Made by a program: the position numbers and the translations under genes. Shown in pieces: positions 17,839 to 24,790 of a stretch of DNA of 32,000 nucleotides. The stretch is taken from positions 1,650,001 through 1,682,000 of the forward strand of contig NZ_AP014945.1 in NCBI RefSeq assembly GCF_001548275.1, given 5' to 3'. This DNA comes from Caldimicrobium thiodismutans. GTDB taxonomy: Bacteria; Desulfobacterota; Thermodesulfobacteria; Thermodesulfobacteriales; Thermodesulfobacteriaceae. The notes under the pieces were generated by a model. It was not told the origin of the DNA. It was given only the letters and a program-made list of their open reading frames with translations, and searched no databases. The first letter of the stretch is position 1. The number at the start of each line of letters is the position of its first letter.

Positions 17839-17943
17839 TGTATAAGTCCATATCTTTTGAGATTTAAGAGGATTTTTCTACTACTTCTCCTCTCACCTCT
17901 TACCTTTTACCACCCTTTTTCTTGTAAGGATATGAACTTATCC
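17839..17943 (+). repeat. intergenic inverted-repeat element, copy C (best-preserved short form, 105 bp)
   Basis: TGTATAAGTCCATATCTTTTGAGATTTAAGAGG-ATTTTTCTACTACTTCTCCTCTCACCTCTTACCTTTTACCACCC-TTTTTCTTGTAAGGATATGAACTTATCC. GTATAAGTCCATATC against the reverse complement of GATATGAACTTATCC matches 13/15. Confidence 0.75.
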
Positions 17944-17954
17944 CCCATTTCCCC

Positions 17955-18005
17955 CTTTGGTTTAAGGTTCATCAAAATTCTATTACAAGGATACTGAACT
18001 CTTGC
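17955..18005. repeat. solo arm fragments of the same element
   Basis: TTACAAGGATACTGAACTCTTGCC (17982-18005) resembles the right arm. AAGGTTCATC (17963-17972) resembles its reverse complement. Confidence 0.3.
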
Positions 18006-18051
18006 CCTTTCTTTGTGTTCTTTAAGCTCTGTGAAATCTTTAATGAGGGTC

Positions 18052-18079
18052 TTGATATTTTCGTAAATTTTATTATGTT
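18052..18079 (+). promoter_or_regulatory. candidate sigma70-type promoter for the Rrf2 gene
   Basis: TTGATA-N16-TATGTT, ~48 nt upstream of the ATG at 18127. The SD AAAGGAGGAGG follows. Confidence 0.4.
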
Positions 18080-18126
18080 AATGAAAAATAAAAATAAATA
18101 TTAAAATTCAAAGGAGGAGGTTAAAA

Positions 18127-18582
18127 ATGTTTAGACTCTCAACGAAGGGTCGGTATGCGGTAAGGGCTATGTATGAAATTGCTAAAGCCTATCCAGAGGG
18201 AATTACCCTGGATGAGATTTCAGAGAAACAGAAGATTTCAAGGGTCTATCTTGCTCAGATTCTTAATCGTTTGAGACAGGCAAGGCTTATTCGTTCTTCT
18301 CGTGGGCCAGGGGGAGGTTATGTCCTTAGGAAATCTCCTGATGAGATTACCCTTTACGATGTTTTAGAGCCCTTAGAGGGTCCTGTATGTGTAGCCTCTT
18401 GTATTGATCCCTCTGAAGGATGTGACGAGGTGGATGAATGTGTAGCCTTCCCTATCTGGAGAAGACTTGCCCAGTATATAGAGTGCATGCTTAAAAATGT
18501 TAAACTTGCTGATCTTATTAAGACCATGAGTTCTCAAGAAAGAGAAAAGTTTGCTGAATCTGTTACTCTTAAATGTTTTTAA
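18127..18582 (+). CDS. Rrf2-family transcriptional regulator (IscR-like, Cys-rich ligand region)
   Basis: 151 aa. MFRLSTKGRYAVRAMYEIA...ISRVYLAQILNRLRQARLIRSSRGPGGGY winged-helix region, followed by CVASCIDPSEGCDEVDEC. Confidence 0.88.
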   Translation: MFRLSTKGRYAVRAMYEIAKAYPEGITLDEISEKQKISRVYLAQILNRLRQARLIRSSRGPGGGYVLRKSPDEITLYDVLEPLEGPVCVASCIDPSEGCDEVDECVAFPIWRRLAQYIECMLKNVKLADLIKTMSSQEREKFAESVTLKCF

Positions 18583-19148
18583 GGATGATATCAGCTTCAG
18601 AAAGAAAAAGGCTGATTTTTCCTCTTGAGGATAGCTCCCTTTTGCAGGATCTTAAAGCTGGTGAGATGCTTCAAATTTCTGGCTGGATACTCTGTGGAAG
18701 GGATGCTACTCATAAAAGGATTTTGTCTGCCCTTGAAAAGGGTGATTTCAAATTTGATTTTACTAACCAGCTAATATACTATGTAGGGCCCACACCACCC
18801 CCTCCAGGGAAAATAATTGGTGCCTGTGGCCCTACAACTTCCTCTCGTATGGACCCCTTTCTTGAGAATTTTTTTAAGCTTGGTATTTCTGCAACCATGG
18901 GTAAGGGTAAAAGAGGCTCTTTAGCAAGAACACTTCACAGGACCTACCAGAGGGTTTATTTTATTACCTTTGGAGGAGCAGGAGCTTATCTGTCTCAATT
19001 TGTAAAAAAAGTTGAAGCTATAGCTTGGTCAGAACTTGGTCCGGAAGCCTTTTTTAGAATCAAGGTTGAAAACTTTCCAGCAATAGTAGGTATTGACACC
19101 TTAGGGACAGATTTTTATGAACTCTCCTCAGCCAGTCTTCCAGCTTGA
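18573..19148 (+). CDS. Fe-S type hydro-lyase beta subunit (class I fumarate hydratase / L(+)-tartrate dehydratase C-terminal domain)
   Basis: 191 aa. GRDATHKRI..., YYVGPTPPPPGKIIGACGPTTSSRMDPF and ATMGKGKR are characteristic of the FumA_C/TtdB domain. It overlaps the Rrf2 gene by 10 nt; ATG 18585 is an alternative start. Confidence 0.8.
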   Translation: MFLRMISASERKRLIFPLEDSSLLQDLKAGEMLQISGWILCGRDATHKRILSALEKGDFKFDFTNQLIYYVGPTPPPPGKIIGACGPTTSSRMDPFLENFFKLGISATMGKGKRGSLARTLHRTYQRVYFITFGGAGAYLSQFVKKVEAIAWSELGPEAFFRIKVENFPAIVGIDTLGTDFYELSSASLPA

Positions 19149-19303
19149 GCAAAGTTGTGCTTTTCAATGTCGTCAAAAATAATTATTACTGCCTCAGAAG
19201 GGATATTTAAATTCTTAACCAGAATATCTGTAATCTCTTGAGCTATCTTTTTCTTGATCTCAATGCTTCTACCTGAAAAAAGCTCAATTTTAACAATGGG
19301 CAT
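19115..19303 (-). CDS. 4-oxalocrotonate tautomerase family enzyme
   Basis: 62 aa with MPIVKIELFSGRS (catalytic Pro1 after Met removal) and a beta-alpha-beta length typical of 4-OT. SD GTAGGAGGAAA. Its 3' end overlaps the convergent hydro-lyase gene by 34 nt. Confidence 0.8.
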   Translation of the reverse strand: MPIVKIELFSGRSIEIKKKIAQEITDILVKNLNIPSEAVIIIFDDIEKHNFAQAGRLAEESS

Positions 19304-19356
19304 ATTAATTTCCTCCTACAAATATTTATAATATTAGCATCTCACCTTTGCTTATT

Positions 19357-19430
19357 AAAAAAACGAGGGACAAAAACTCCATAGCACCTAAGCTTAAAAG
19401 CCCTATTAGGAGTCTGTCCCTCTGTCCCTC
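19357..19430 (-). terminator. long-stem intrinsic terminator downstream of the thioesterase gene
   Basis: The minus strand reads GAGGGACAGACTCC...(28-nt structured loop)...GGAGTTTTTGTCCCTC followed by GTTTTTTTAA. The 8-mer TGTCCCTC is tandemly duplicated at 19415-19430. Confidence 0.65.
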
Positions 19431-19500
19431 AACTCTCAAAAGCTTGGTTGGGTTAAAAGTCGTTGCCAAATGGGAGGATGGAGTAAGGGATAGCAGACTC

Positions 19501-19926
19501 CTATTCAGAAAAAATGGATTTATCAAAGCGGTAAACCATTCCTGTAAAAAAGGCCACTTTTTCATTAGTTCCCTCTTTGGTGATGGTAATGTGATAGGTG
19601 GCAAGACTTTTTCCCCGGTTGAATTCTTCTGCTCTGGCTTTTAAAGTATCTCCTATCTTGGCTGGTTTAAAGTAATTTATAGTGGCATTTATAGCTAAGG
19701 CTAAAGTGCCATAGGAATTAGAGGCTAAGGCAAAGGCTAAATCTGCTAAGGTAAAAATTACACCCCCCTGACAAACATCTGCTGCATTCAGATGATTTTC
19801 TGTAACCGTCATGCTTACCTCAGCAAAACCCTCTCCCATGTCTGTTACCTCAGCCCCGAGAAAAGCAAAAAGTCTATCATTTTTGTAAATATGATCTCTT
19901 ACCTTTTCATAGGTCTTTTCTTCCAT
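19501..19926 (-). CDS. PaaI-family hotdog-fold thioesterase
   Basis: 141 aa. HLNAADVCQGGVIFTLADLAFALASN matches the PaaI/YdiI-type motif. Confidence 0.8.
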   Translation of the reverse strand: MEEKTYEKVRDHIYKNDRLFAFLGAEVTDMGEGFAEVSMTVTENHLNAADVCQGGVIFTLADLAFALASNSYGTLALAINATINYFKPAKIGDTLKARAEEFNRGKSLATYHITITKEGTNEKVAFFTGMVYRFDKSIFSE

Positions 19927-19937
19927 AAAGACTCCTT

Positions 19938-21152
19938 TTAAAAAAGTTTTCCCCAGTCCGGATAATAGAGATTTTCAAATGGTAGATAGGGATAAATCAG
20001 GAGAGAATCAAGATGCATTAGATAGATGCCCCCTCCCTTTTTTCCCTTCCCCTTGAAGATAAGAAAGTCTCCAGAGGGGGAAAAGGAAGGATCGGTTAAA
20101 GTGTAAGGTATTGAAAGGCTCTTTTTTTCTCCGGTTTTAAGGTTGTATAAAACAAGGGTTCTATCTCCTCCACTTGATGAGACATAGAGGAGCAGATTTC
20201 CTTTGGGAGAAATACGGGGGGCTGTATTATGCTTGCCTTCAAAGGAGATTCTCTGGGGCTTTAAGGTCTCAAGATTTAAAAGATAAACCTGAGGTCTCCC
20301 TGAAGTGTCCGCTACATAAGCCAGATATTTTCCATTAGAAGAGAGACTACCGGCTTGATGAACACCCTTTCCTGAGGTAAGGGGGATTAATTTTTGAGTT
20401 TCTAAGAAAAATTGGTAGATATTTATCTCATCGTTCTTACCAAGCGTAAGAATGAGGCTTTTCTCATCAGGCAACCAGAGGGGGGCAGAGCTAAGTCCCT
20501 TCACCTCAAGCTTTTTTCTTTCCCGGGTGATTAAGGAATAAATTTCCAAAAAATAGTGCTCCCTTTCATAAACAATATAGGCTAATTGCTTCCCACTTCC
20601 TGAAAACTTAGGAAAAAGGATTAAATCAGAGGAGCGAATTTTACGGAGATTCCTTTTGGAAAAGTCCATGATATAAAGGTTGTCCCCGGTTGAGGTGCGC
20701 TTAACAAAGGCAAAGCGCGTCTCACTTACCCCTCTATAAGGGGAAATATCTTGAATAATTTGATCCGCTATAGCATAAATCAATCTTTCAAGAGATGAAC
20801 CCTCTGCAGAATATTTTTTGAGGGGCTTATTCTCATATACATCCCAGAGTTCCCCTGAAAAATTAAAAAATCTCTCTGAGGAGGTTATTTTTCCTTTGAG
20901 ATAAAATTCTTTGTTTTTGAATCCGGTAAGAGGGGGCTCTTTTAAAGCCAGACAAAAAAGGTGATAGTTTAAGAGATTCCTTAATAGCTCCCCGGCATTA
21001 TCTCCTGAATCACCTTCCAAAGGGGGAATTCGTATAATAACTTTAGAATAGCTCTGAGGGGTAATAGTAATAATTCCCTCATTTTGGGCAAATCCCGAAG
21101 GTAAGGCCAGATTTATGAGAAAAATCAATAAAATCAAAAGTTTAAGTTTCAT
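19938..21152 (-). CDS. tolB: TolB-like periplasmic beta-propeller protein
   Basis: Repeated WD40-like PD40 motifs (PRISPKGNLLLY, PSFSPSGDFLIF, LSSNGKYLAYVADTSGRPQVYLLNLET). I start it at MKLKLLILLIFLINLALPSGFA (signal peptide, ATG 21152) rather than at the track start 21227. Confidence 0.72.
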   Translation of the reverse strand: MKLKLLILLIFLINLALPSGFAQNEGIITITPQSYSKVIIRIPPLEGDSGDNAGELLRNLLNYHLFCLALKEPPLTGFKNKEFYLKGKITSSERFFNFSGELWDVYENKPLKKYSAEGSSLERLIYAIADQIIQDISPYRGVSETRFAFVKRTSTGDNLYIMDFSKRNLRKIRSSDLILFPKFSGSGKQLAYIVYEREHYFLEIYSLITRERKKLEVKGLSSAPLWLPDEKSLILTLGKNDEINIYQFFLETQKLIPLTSGKGVHQAGSLSSNGKYLAYVADTSGRPQVYLLNLETLKPQRISFEGKHNTAPRISPKGNLLLYVSSSGGDRTLVLYNLKTGEKKSLSIPYTLTDPSFSPSGDFLIFKGKGKKGGGIYLMHLDSLLIYPYLPFENLYYPDWGKLF

Positions 21153-22941
21153 TTTCGCTTTCCATCTTGACGAGATCCTCAAACCGGATATCCATTCCCA
21201 GAAGCCCGATGATTTCCTCTTCTGCATTACGGATAGGAGCAGAAACTGTTATACAGAGACTTCCTGTAATTCTTGAAGTATAAAATTTGGAGACAAAGGT
21301 TTTACCTGTTTTTAGGGGCTTGATAAACCATTCCCTATCCTCAAAGGTCTCGGTAGCAAAAAGCCTCTCAAACTCTTTTTTGTATTCTAAATCCTTAGTA
21401 AGACCAAAAATTGGTTTCCCTTCAGTATCAACAATGTAAATAAACTGAATGTAAGGGTGCTCGTCAAGAAAGTTTTCAAAGAGGGGTCTAATTCTTTTAA
21501 CCTCAAGGGAAATGATATCCCTTTCCTGGACAAACTCTTCAATGAGTTTGCTTATAAGATTGATGGCATAATTTCTGAGATGATCCAATTCAGACTCAAA
21601 AAGTTCTGGAATATACTTTTTAGTAAGGGCAAGCATCTCTTCATTTGAAATAGAGGTAATCCTGCCCCTCTCATATTGTTCAAGAATTTTTTTGTATATT
21701 TTCACGACCCCTGGATGTTTTTTATCAACTTTTTTCTCCTGAGGGAGATTAAGATAGGTATTTACCCAGTAAGCCACTCCAGCAGTTCCGCTTTTATCGG
21801 TAATGATAATATGAATTGGCCTTCCTAAGACTTTTACAGAATCAAAGGAGTTATAGATCTCTTCATTTTTGATGAGACCATCAATGTGAATTCCTGCCCG
21901 AGTAGCGTTGAAGTCATCTCCCACAAAGGGTTGACGAAAAGGAATTTTTTCATGTAATACCGTCTTATAGTAATTTGCAATCTCTGTTATAACAGTTGTA
22001 TCCATTCCATCAGGGCTTCCCTTTAAAGCAATATATTCAAAGACCATGGCTTCAAGAGGGGTATTTCCGGTCCTTTCACCAATACCAAGTAGAGAGGTAT
22101 TAACATAGGAACAGCCATATAACCAGGCTGCAGTTGCATTAATCACTGATTTATAATAATCGTTGTGTCCATGCCATTCTAAAAGTTCCTCTGGAACTCC
22201 AGCCTCATCAATAAAGGCCCTTACAAGTTTGGGAACACTTATTGGTAAAACCGCTTCTGGATAGGGAACAGCAACCCCAAGGGTATCACAGAGCCTAATT
22301 TTGATATCAATTTTACTCTCCTCCCTTAGTTTCATAAGCTCAATAGCAAAGGGAATAACAAATCCATAGATATCCGCGCGGGTTATGTCCTCAAAATGGC
22401 ATCTGGGTTTTATTCCATAAGAAAGGGCCTCTTTAACAACAGCTAAGTAGTCCTCTAAAGCCTGTTTTCTTGTTTTCCCAAGTTTGAGATAAATATGATA
22501 GTCTGAACAGGAGGTAAGCATACCGGTCTCTTTAAGTCCTGCCTCTTTGACAAGGTTTAGATCCTCTTTTTTAGCCCTTATCCAGCCTGTAATTTCTGGA
22601 TAGGGATAACCCAAGGAGAGACATCTCTCTAAGGCTTCCCTATCCTTGGGGGTATAGAGAAAAAACTCGGTCTTGCGAATTATACCTTTGGGGCCACTCA
22701 AACGATGTAAAAATTTATAAAGGGCTTCAATTTGCTCAGGAGTATAAGGAGTCCTTGCCTGCTGACCGTCTCTAAAAGTGGTATCGGTAATATAAATTTG
22801 GGCAGGTGGCTGAGGAGGAATATATTTGCCATCAAAAAAGATCCTCGGAGGCTCAATATAAGGAAAAAGCTCTTTGTATAGCTCTGGATTTTCCTTTTCT
22901 ACAAGACAAAAATTCTCCTTTTTTGGTCTTATTTTGAGCAC
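21142..22941 (-). CDS. DRE-TIM metallolyase of the homocitrate / 2-alkylmalate / Re-citrate synthase family fused to a C-terminal Cache-like sensor domain
   Basis: 599 aa. ITDTTFRDGQQA and EWHGHNDYYKSVINATAAW are HMGL-like catalytic motifs. The C-terminal ~160 aa contain ...IVDTEGKPIF...FEDREWFIKPLKTGKTFVSKFYTSRITGSLCITVSAPIRN..EIIGLLGMDIRFEDL, the classic Cache/PDC pattern. GTG start with SD AAAGGAGGTG. Confidence 0.75.
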   Translation of the reverse strand: MLKIRPKKENFCLVEKENPELYKELFPYIEPPRIFFDGKYIPPQPPAQIYITDTTFRDGQQARTPYTPEQIEALYKFLHRLSGPKGIIRKTEFFLYTPKDREALERCLSLGYPYPEITGWIRAKKEDLNLVKEAGLKETGMLTSCSDYHIYLKLGKTRKQALEDYLAVVKEALSYGIKPRCHFEDITRADIYGFVIPFAIELMKLREESKIDIKIRLCDTLGVAVPYPEAVLPISVPKLVRAFIDEAGVPEELLEWHGHNDYYKSVINATAAWLYGCSYVNTSLLGIGERTGNTPLEAMVFEYIALKGSPDGMDTTVITEIANYYKTVLHEKIPFRQPFVGDDFNATRAGIHIDGLIKNEEIYNSFDSVKVLGRPIHIIITDKSGTAGVAYWVNTYLNLPQEKKVDKKHPGVVKIYKKILEQYERGRITSISNEEMLALTKKYIPELFESELDHLRNYAINLISKLIEEFVQERDIISLEVKRIRPLFENFLDEHPYIQFIYIVDTEGKPIFGLTKDLEYKKEFERLFATETFEDREWFIKPLKTGKTFVSKFYTSRITGSLCITVSAPIRNAEEEIIGLLGMDIRFEDLVKMESENET

Positions 22942-23019
22942 AAAACACCTCCTTTGAAGAAATTGATGTGAATTGGTTTTAAATCATAAAATAAACAAGA
23001 GGAGACATCTTGTCAAGGC

Positions 23020-23272
23020 TTATGTTTGAGTCCAGGTCTTTTGAGACTTAAATAGTAAGGGTTTAAAATTTTATACCCCTTGAATTTTTTTGTGGGTCTG
23101 TTGTAGCACAGACATTCTTGTCTGTGTTTCTTTCATACATTGGAGTGTAATTTGCCTCCACAGGCAAGATTGCCTGTGTTACTTTTACAGACTTGTAAAG
23201 CCTTCCTTGTATAGATATCTAATTCCTCTTTTACCACCCTTCCTTTTTTCTTGTAAGGATCTGAACTTATGC
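23020..23272 (+). repeat. intergenic inverted-repeat element, copy D (long form, two internal hairpins)
   Basis: Left arm TTATGTTTGAGTCCAGGTCTTTTGAGACTTAAATAG and right arm TTTTACCACCCTTCCTTTTTTCTTGTAAGGATCTGAACTTATGC. Internal hairpins are CACAGACA-ttct-TGTCTGTG (23107-23126) and CACAGGCA-agat-TGCCTGTG (23159-23178). Confidence 0.65.
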
Positions 23273-23296
23273 AGCCCTTTTTCTTTTTAAAAAATT

Positions 23297-23305
23297 TGTT
23301 ATAAT
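23297..23305 (+). promoter_or_regulatory. extended -10 promoter element (TGtTATAAT) for the CBS gene
   Basis: A perfect TATAAT at 23300-23305 is preceded by TGn. It lies ~30 nt upstream of the ATG at 23335, with SD AAAAGGAG in between. There is no convincing -35. Confidence 0.5.
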
Positions 23306-23334
23306 TATTTTAAAAATTTAAAAGGAGTAATAGC

Positions 23335-23739
23335 ATGAGGGTTGAAGAAAAAAGGGTAGCAGATGTCATGAGTAGAACTCTTTTCACTGTCTCAGAAAGG
23401 GCTTCTGTAACTGAAATAGTTGAAACTATGCTTAATAACAGGATTTCAGCGGTTATCGTGGTTGCTGATAACGGTGAATTTCTCGGGATAATCAGTAAAA
23501 CGGATCTTTTGTCAGGTTTAAAGAAATATGGGAAAGAGCTTTTGGAAAAATCCGCAGAAGATTTACTCTGTCCCAAACCATATACCATTGAGGGTAGTGC
23601 GACCCTGAGGGAGGCAGCTCAGAAGATGTTTGCCCATAAGGTTCATAGATTACTTGTTGTAAGTCCTTCAAGCATAGGCAAATTTATGCCTGTAGGAATT
23701 ATTACTGCTTCAGACCTTTTAAGAGAGCTTGCCTTCTGA
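23335..23739 (+). CDS. CBS-pair domain protein
   Basis: 134 aa made of two CBS motifs (VADVMSRTLFTV...RISAVIVVADNGEFLGIISKTDLL and YTIEGSATLREAAQKMFAHKVHRLLVV...VGIITASDLL). Confidence 0.85.
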   Translation: MRVEEKRVADVMSRTLFTVSERASVTEIVETMLNNRISAVIVVADNGEFLGIISKTDLLSGLKKYGKELLEKSAEDLLCPKPYTIEGSATLREAAQKMFAHKVHRLLVVSPSSIGKFMPVGIITASDLLRELAF

Positions 23740-23759
23740 TAAATTTTAAGTTGAGCCTC

Positions 23760-23789
23760 TTGACAGATTAGAAAAAAGTTGTATATAAA
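23760..23789 (+). promoter_or_regulatory. candidate sigma70 promoter of the str operon
   Basis: Consensus TTGACA (23760-23765), a 16-nt spacer and TATATA(AA). It lies ~45 nt upstream of the rpsL ATG. Confidence 0.55.
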
Positions 23790-23831
23790 GGGCTTGTCAA
23801 TTTTTAGGAAAAAAGGAGAGGGAAAAGAAAA

Positions 23832-24212
23832 ATGCCAACCATTAACCAATTAGTTAGGCTGGGAAGAAAAAAGAAGGAAAAGAGATCTAAATCCCCTGCC
23901 TTACAGGGCAATCCTCAGAAAAGAGGAGTTTGTGTAAGGGTTTATACTGTTACACCTAAAAAGCCAAACTCCGCTTTAAGAAAGGTAGCCAGAGTCAGGC
24001 TAACTAATGGTATTGAGGTGACTGCTTATATCCCGGGAATTGGGCACAACCTTCAGGAGCATTCTGTTGTCCTTGTAAGAGGAGGGCGTGTTAGGGATTT
24101 ACCTGGTGTCAGATATAAGATTATTAGAGGAACCCTTGATGCTGCTGGTGTTCAAAACAGAAAGAAATCCCGTTCCAAATATGGAACACCAAGACCTAAA
24201 ACAACCAAATAA
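23832..24212 (+). CDS. rpsL: 30S ribosomal protein S12
   Basis: MPTINQLVR...[19 protein letters not shown] signature, and operon position. Confidence 0.98.
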   Translation: MPTINQLVRLGRKKKEKRSKSPALQGNPQKRGVCVRVYTVTPKKPNSALRKVARVRLTNGIEVTAYIPGIGHNLQEHSVVLVRGGRVRDLPGVRYKIIRGTLDAAGVQNRKKSRSKYGTPRPKTTK

Positions 24213-24228
24213 GAGGAGTAATTAAAAG

Positions 24229-24702
24229 ATGCCACGGAAAGGACCAGTCCCAAAAAGAATAGTTCCACCAGATCCCAAGTTTGGAAGTGTTTTGGTGGCT
24301 AAATTTATTAATAATTTAATGAGAGATGGAAAGAAAAATACTGCCCGTAAGATTTTTTATTCCGCCTTGGAGATCCTGAGGGAAAGATCTGGTGGGGAAG
24401 AGCCTTTAAAAATCTTTGAGACCGCTGTAGAAAAAGTTAAACCCCTTATTGAGACCAGATCTCGGAGAATTGGTGGTGCAAACTACCAGGTGCCTGTGGA
24501 GGTAAGGCCTGATCGTCAGATTTCTCTGGCTATTAAGTGGTTAATTAATGCAGCCAGAGCCCGTAGTGAAAGAACTATGGTTGAAAGGCTTGCCAATGAA
24601 CTTTGGGATGCTTATAATGAAAAAGGTGCTGCCATAAAGAAGAGGGAAGATACCCATCGTATGGCAGAATCTAACCGGGTTTTTGCCCATTTTCGCTGGT
24701 AA
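24229..24702 (+). CDS. rpsG: 30S ribosomal protein S7
   Basis: MPRKGPV..., [18 protein letters not shown] and the C-terminal FAHFRW. Confidence 0.98.
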   Translation: MPRKGPVPKRIVPPDPKFGSVLVAKFINNLMRDGKKNTARKIFYSALEILRERSGGEEPLKIFETAVEKVKPLIETRSRRIGGANYQVPVEVRPDRQISLAIKWLINAARARSERTMVERLANELWDAYNEKGAAIKKREDTHRMAESNRVFAHFRW

Positions 24703-24728
24703 TTAAGTAAGGGTCTGAGTTTTAGAAT

Positions 24729-24766
24729 TTCCCCTTTTCTTTGATAAGGGGAATAATTATTTTTTA
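24729..24766 (+). terminator. hairpin plus T-tract between rpsG and fusA (possible internal attenuator)
   Basis: TTCCCCTT-(9 nt)-AAGGGGAA followed by TAATTATTTTTT. Confidence 0.4.
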
Positions 24767-24790
24767 GAAAAACTAAGGAAAGGTGAGGTT

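Noticed and set aside
19326-19644. Track ORFs 19326-19604(-) and 19348-19644(+)
   Set aside because: They span the intrinsic terminator and overlap the well-supported thioesterase gene. They have no SD and no recognisable motifs.
21153-21227. 25-aa N-terminal extension of TolB in the track ORF
   Set aside because: It would overlap the synthase gene by 86 nt. The internal MKLKLLILLIFLINLALPSGFA is a canonical signal peptide start.
4439-23272. Whether the recurring intergenic repeats could be a CRISPR array, or derivatives of the resident IS256-like copy
   Set aside because: The copies are kilobases apart, each in a different intergenic region, and carry internal inverted symmetry, so they are not a CRISPR array. 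Their arms (GTATAAGTCC...) do not match the ends of the resident IS (GGTAGTATTATAAA...), so a direct parent-derivative relation is not supported.
23090-23290. Cys-rich 66-aa ORF upstream of the CBS gene
   Set aside because: It is encoded by repeat copy D, and its hairpins generate the Cys/Val codons. The frame is not conserved in the other copies, and there is no SD.
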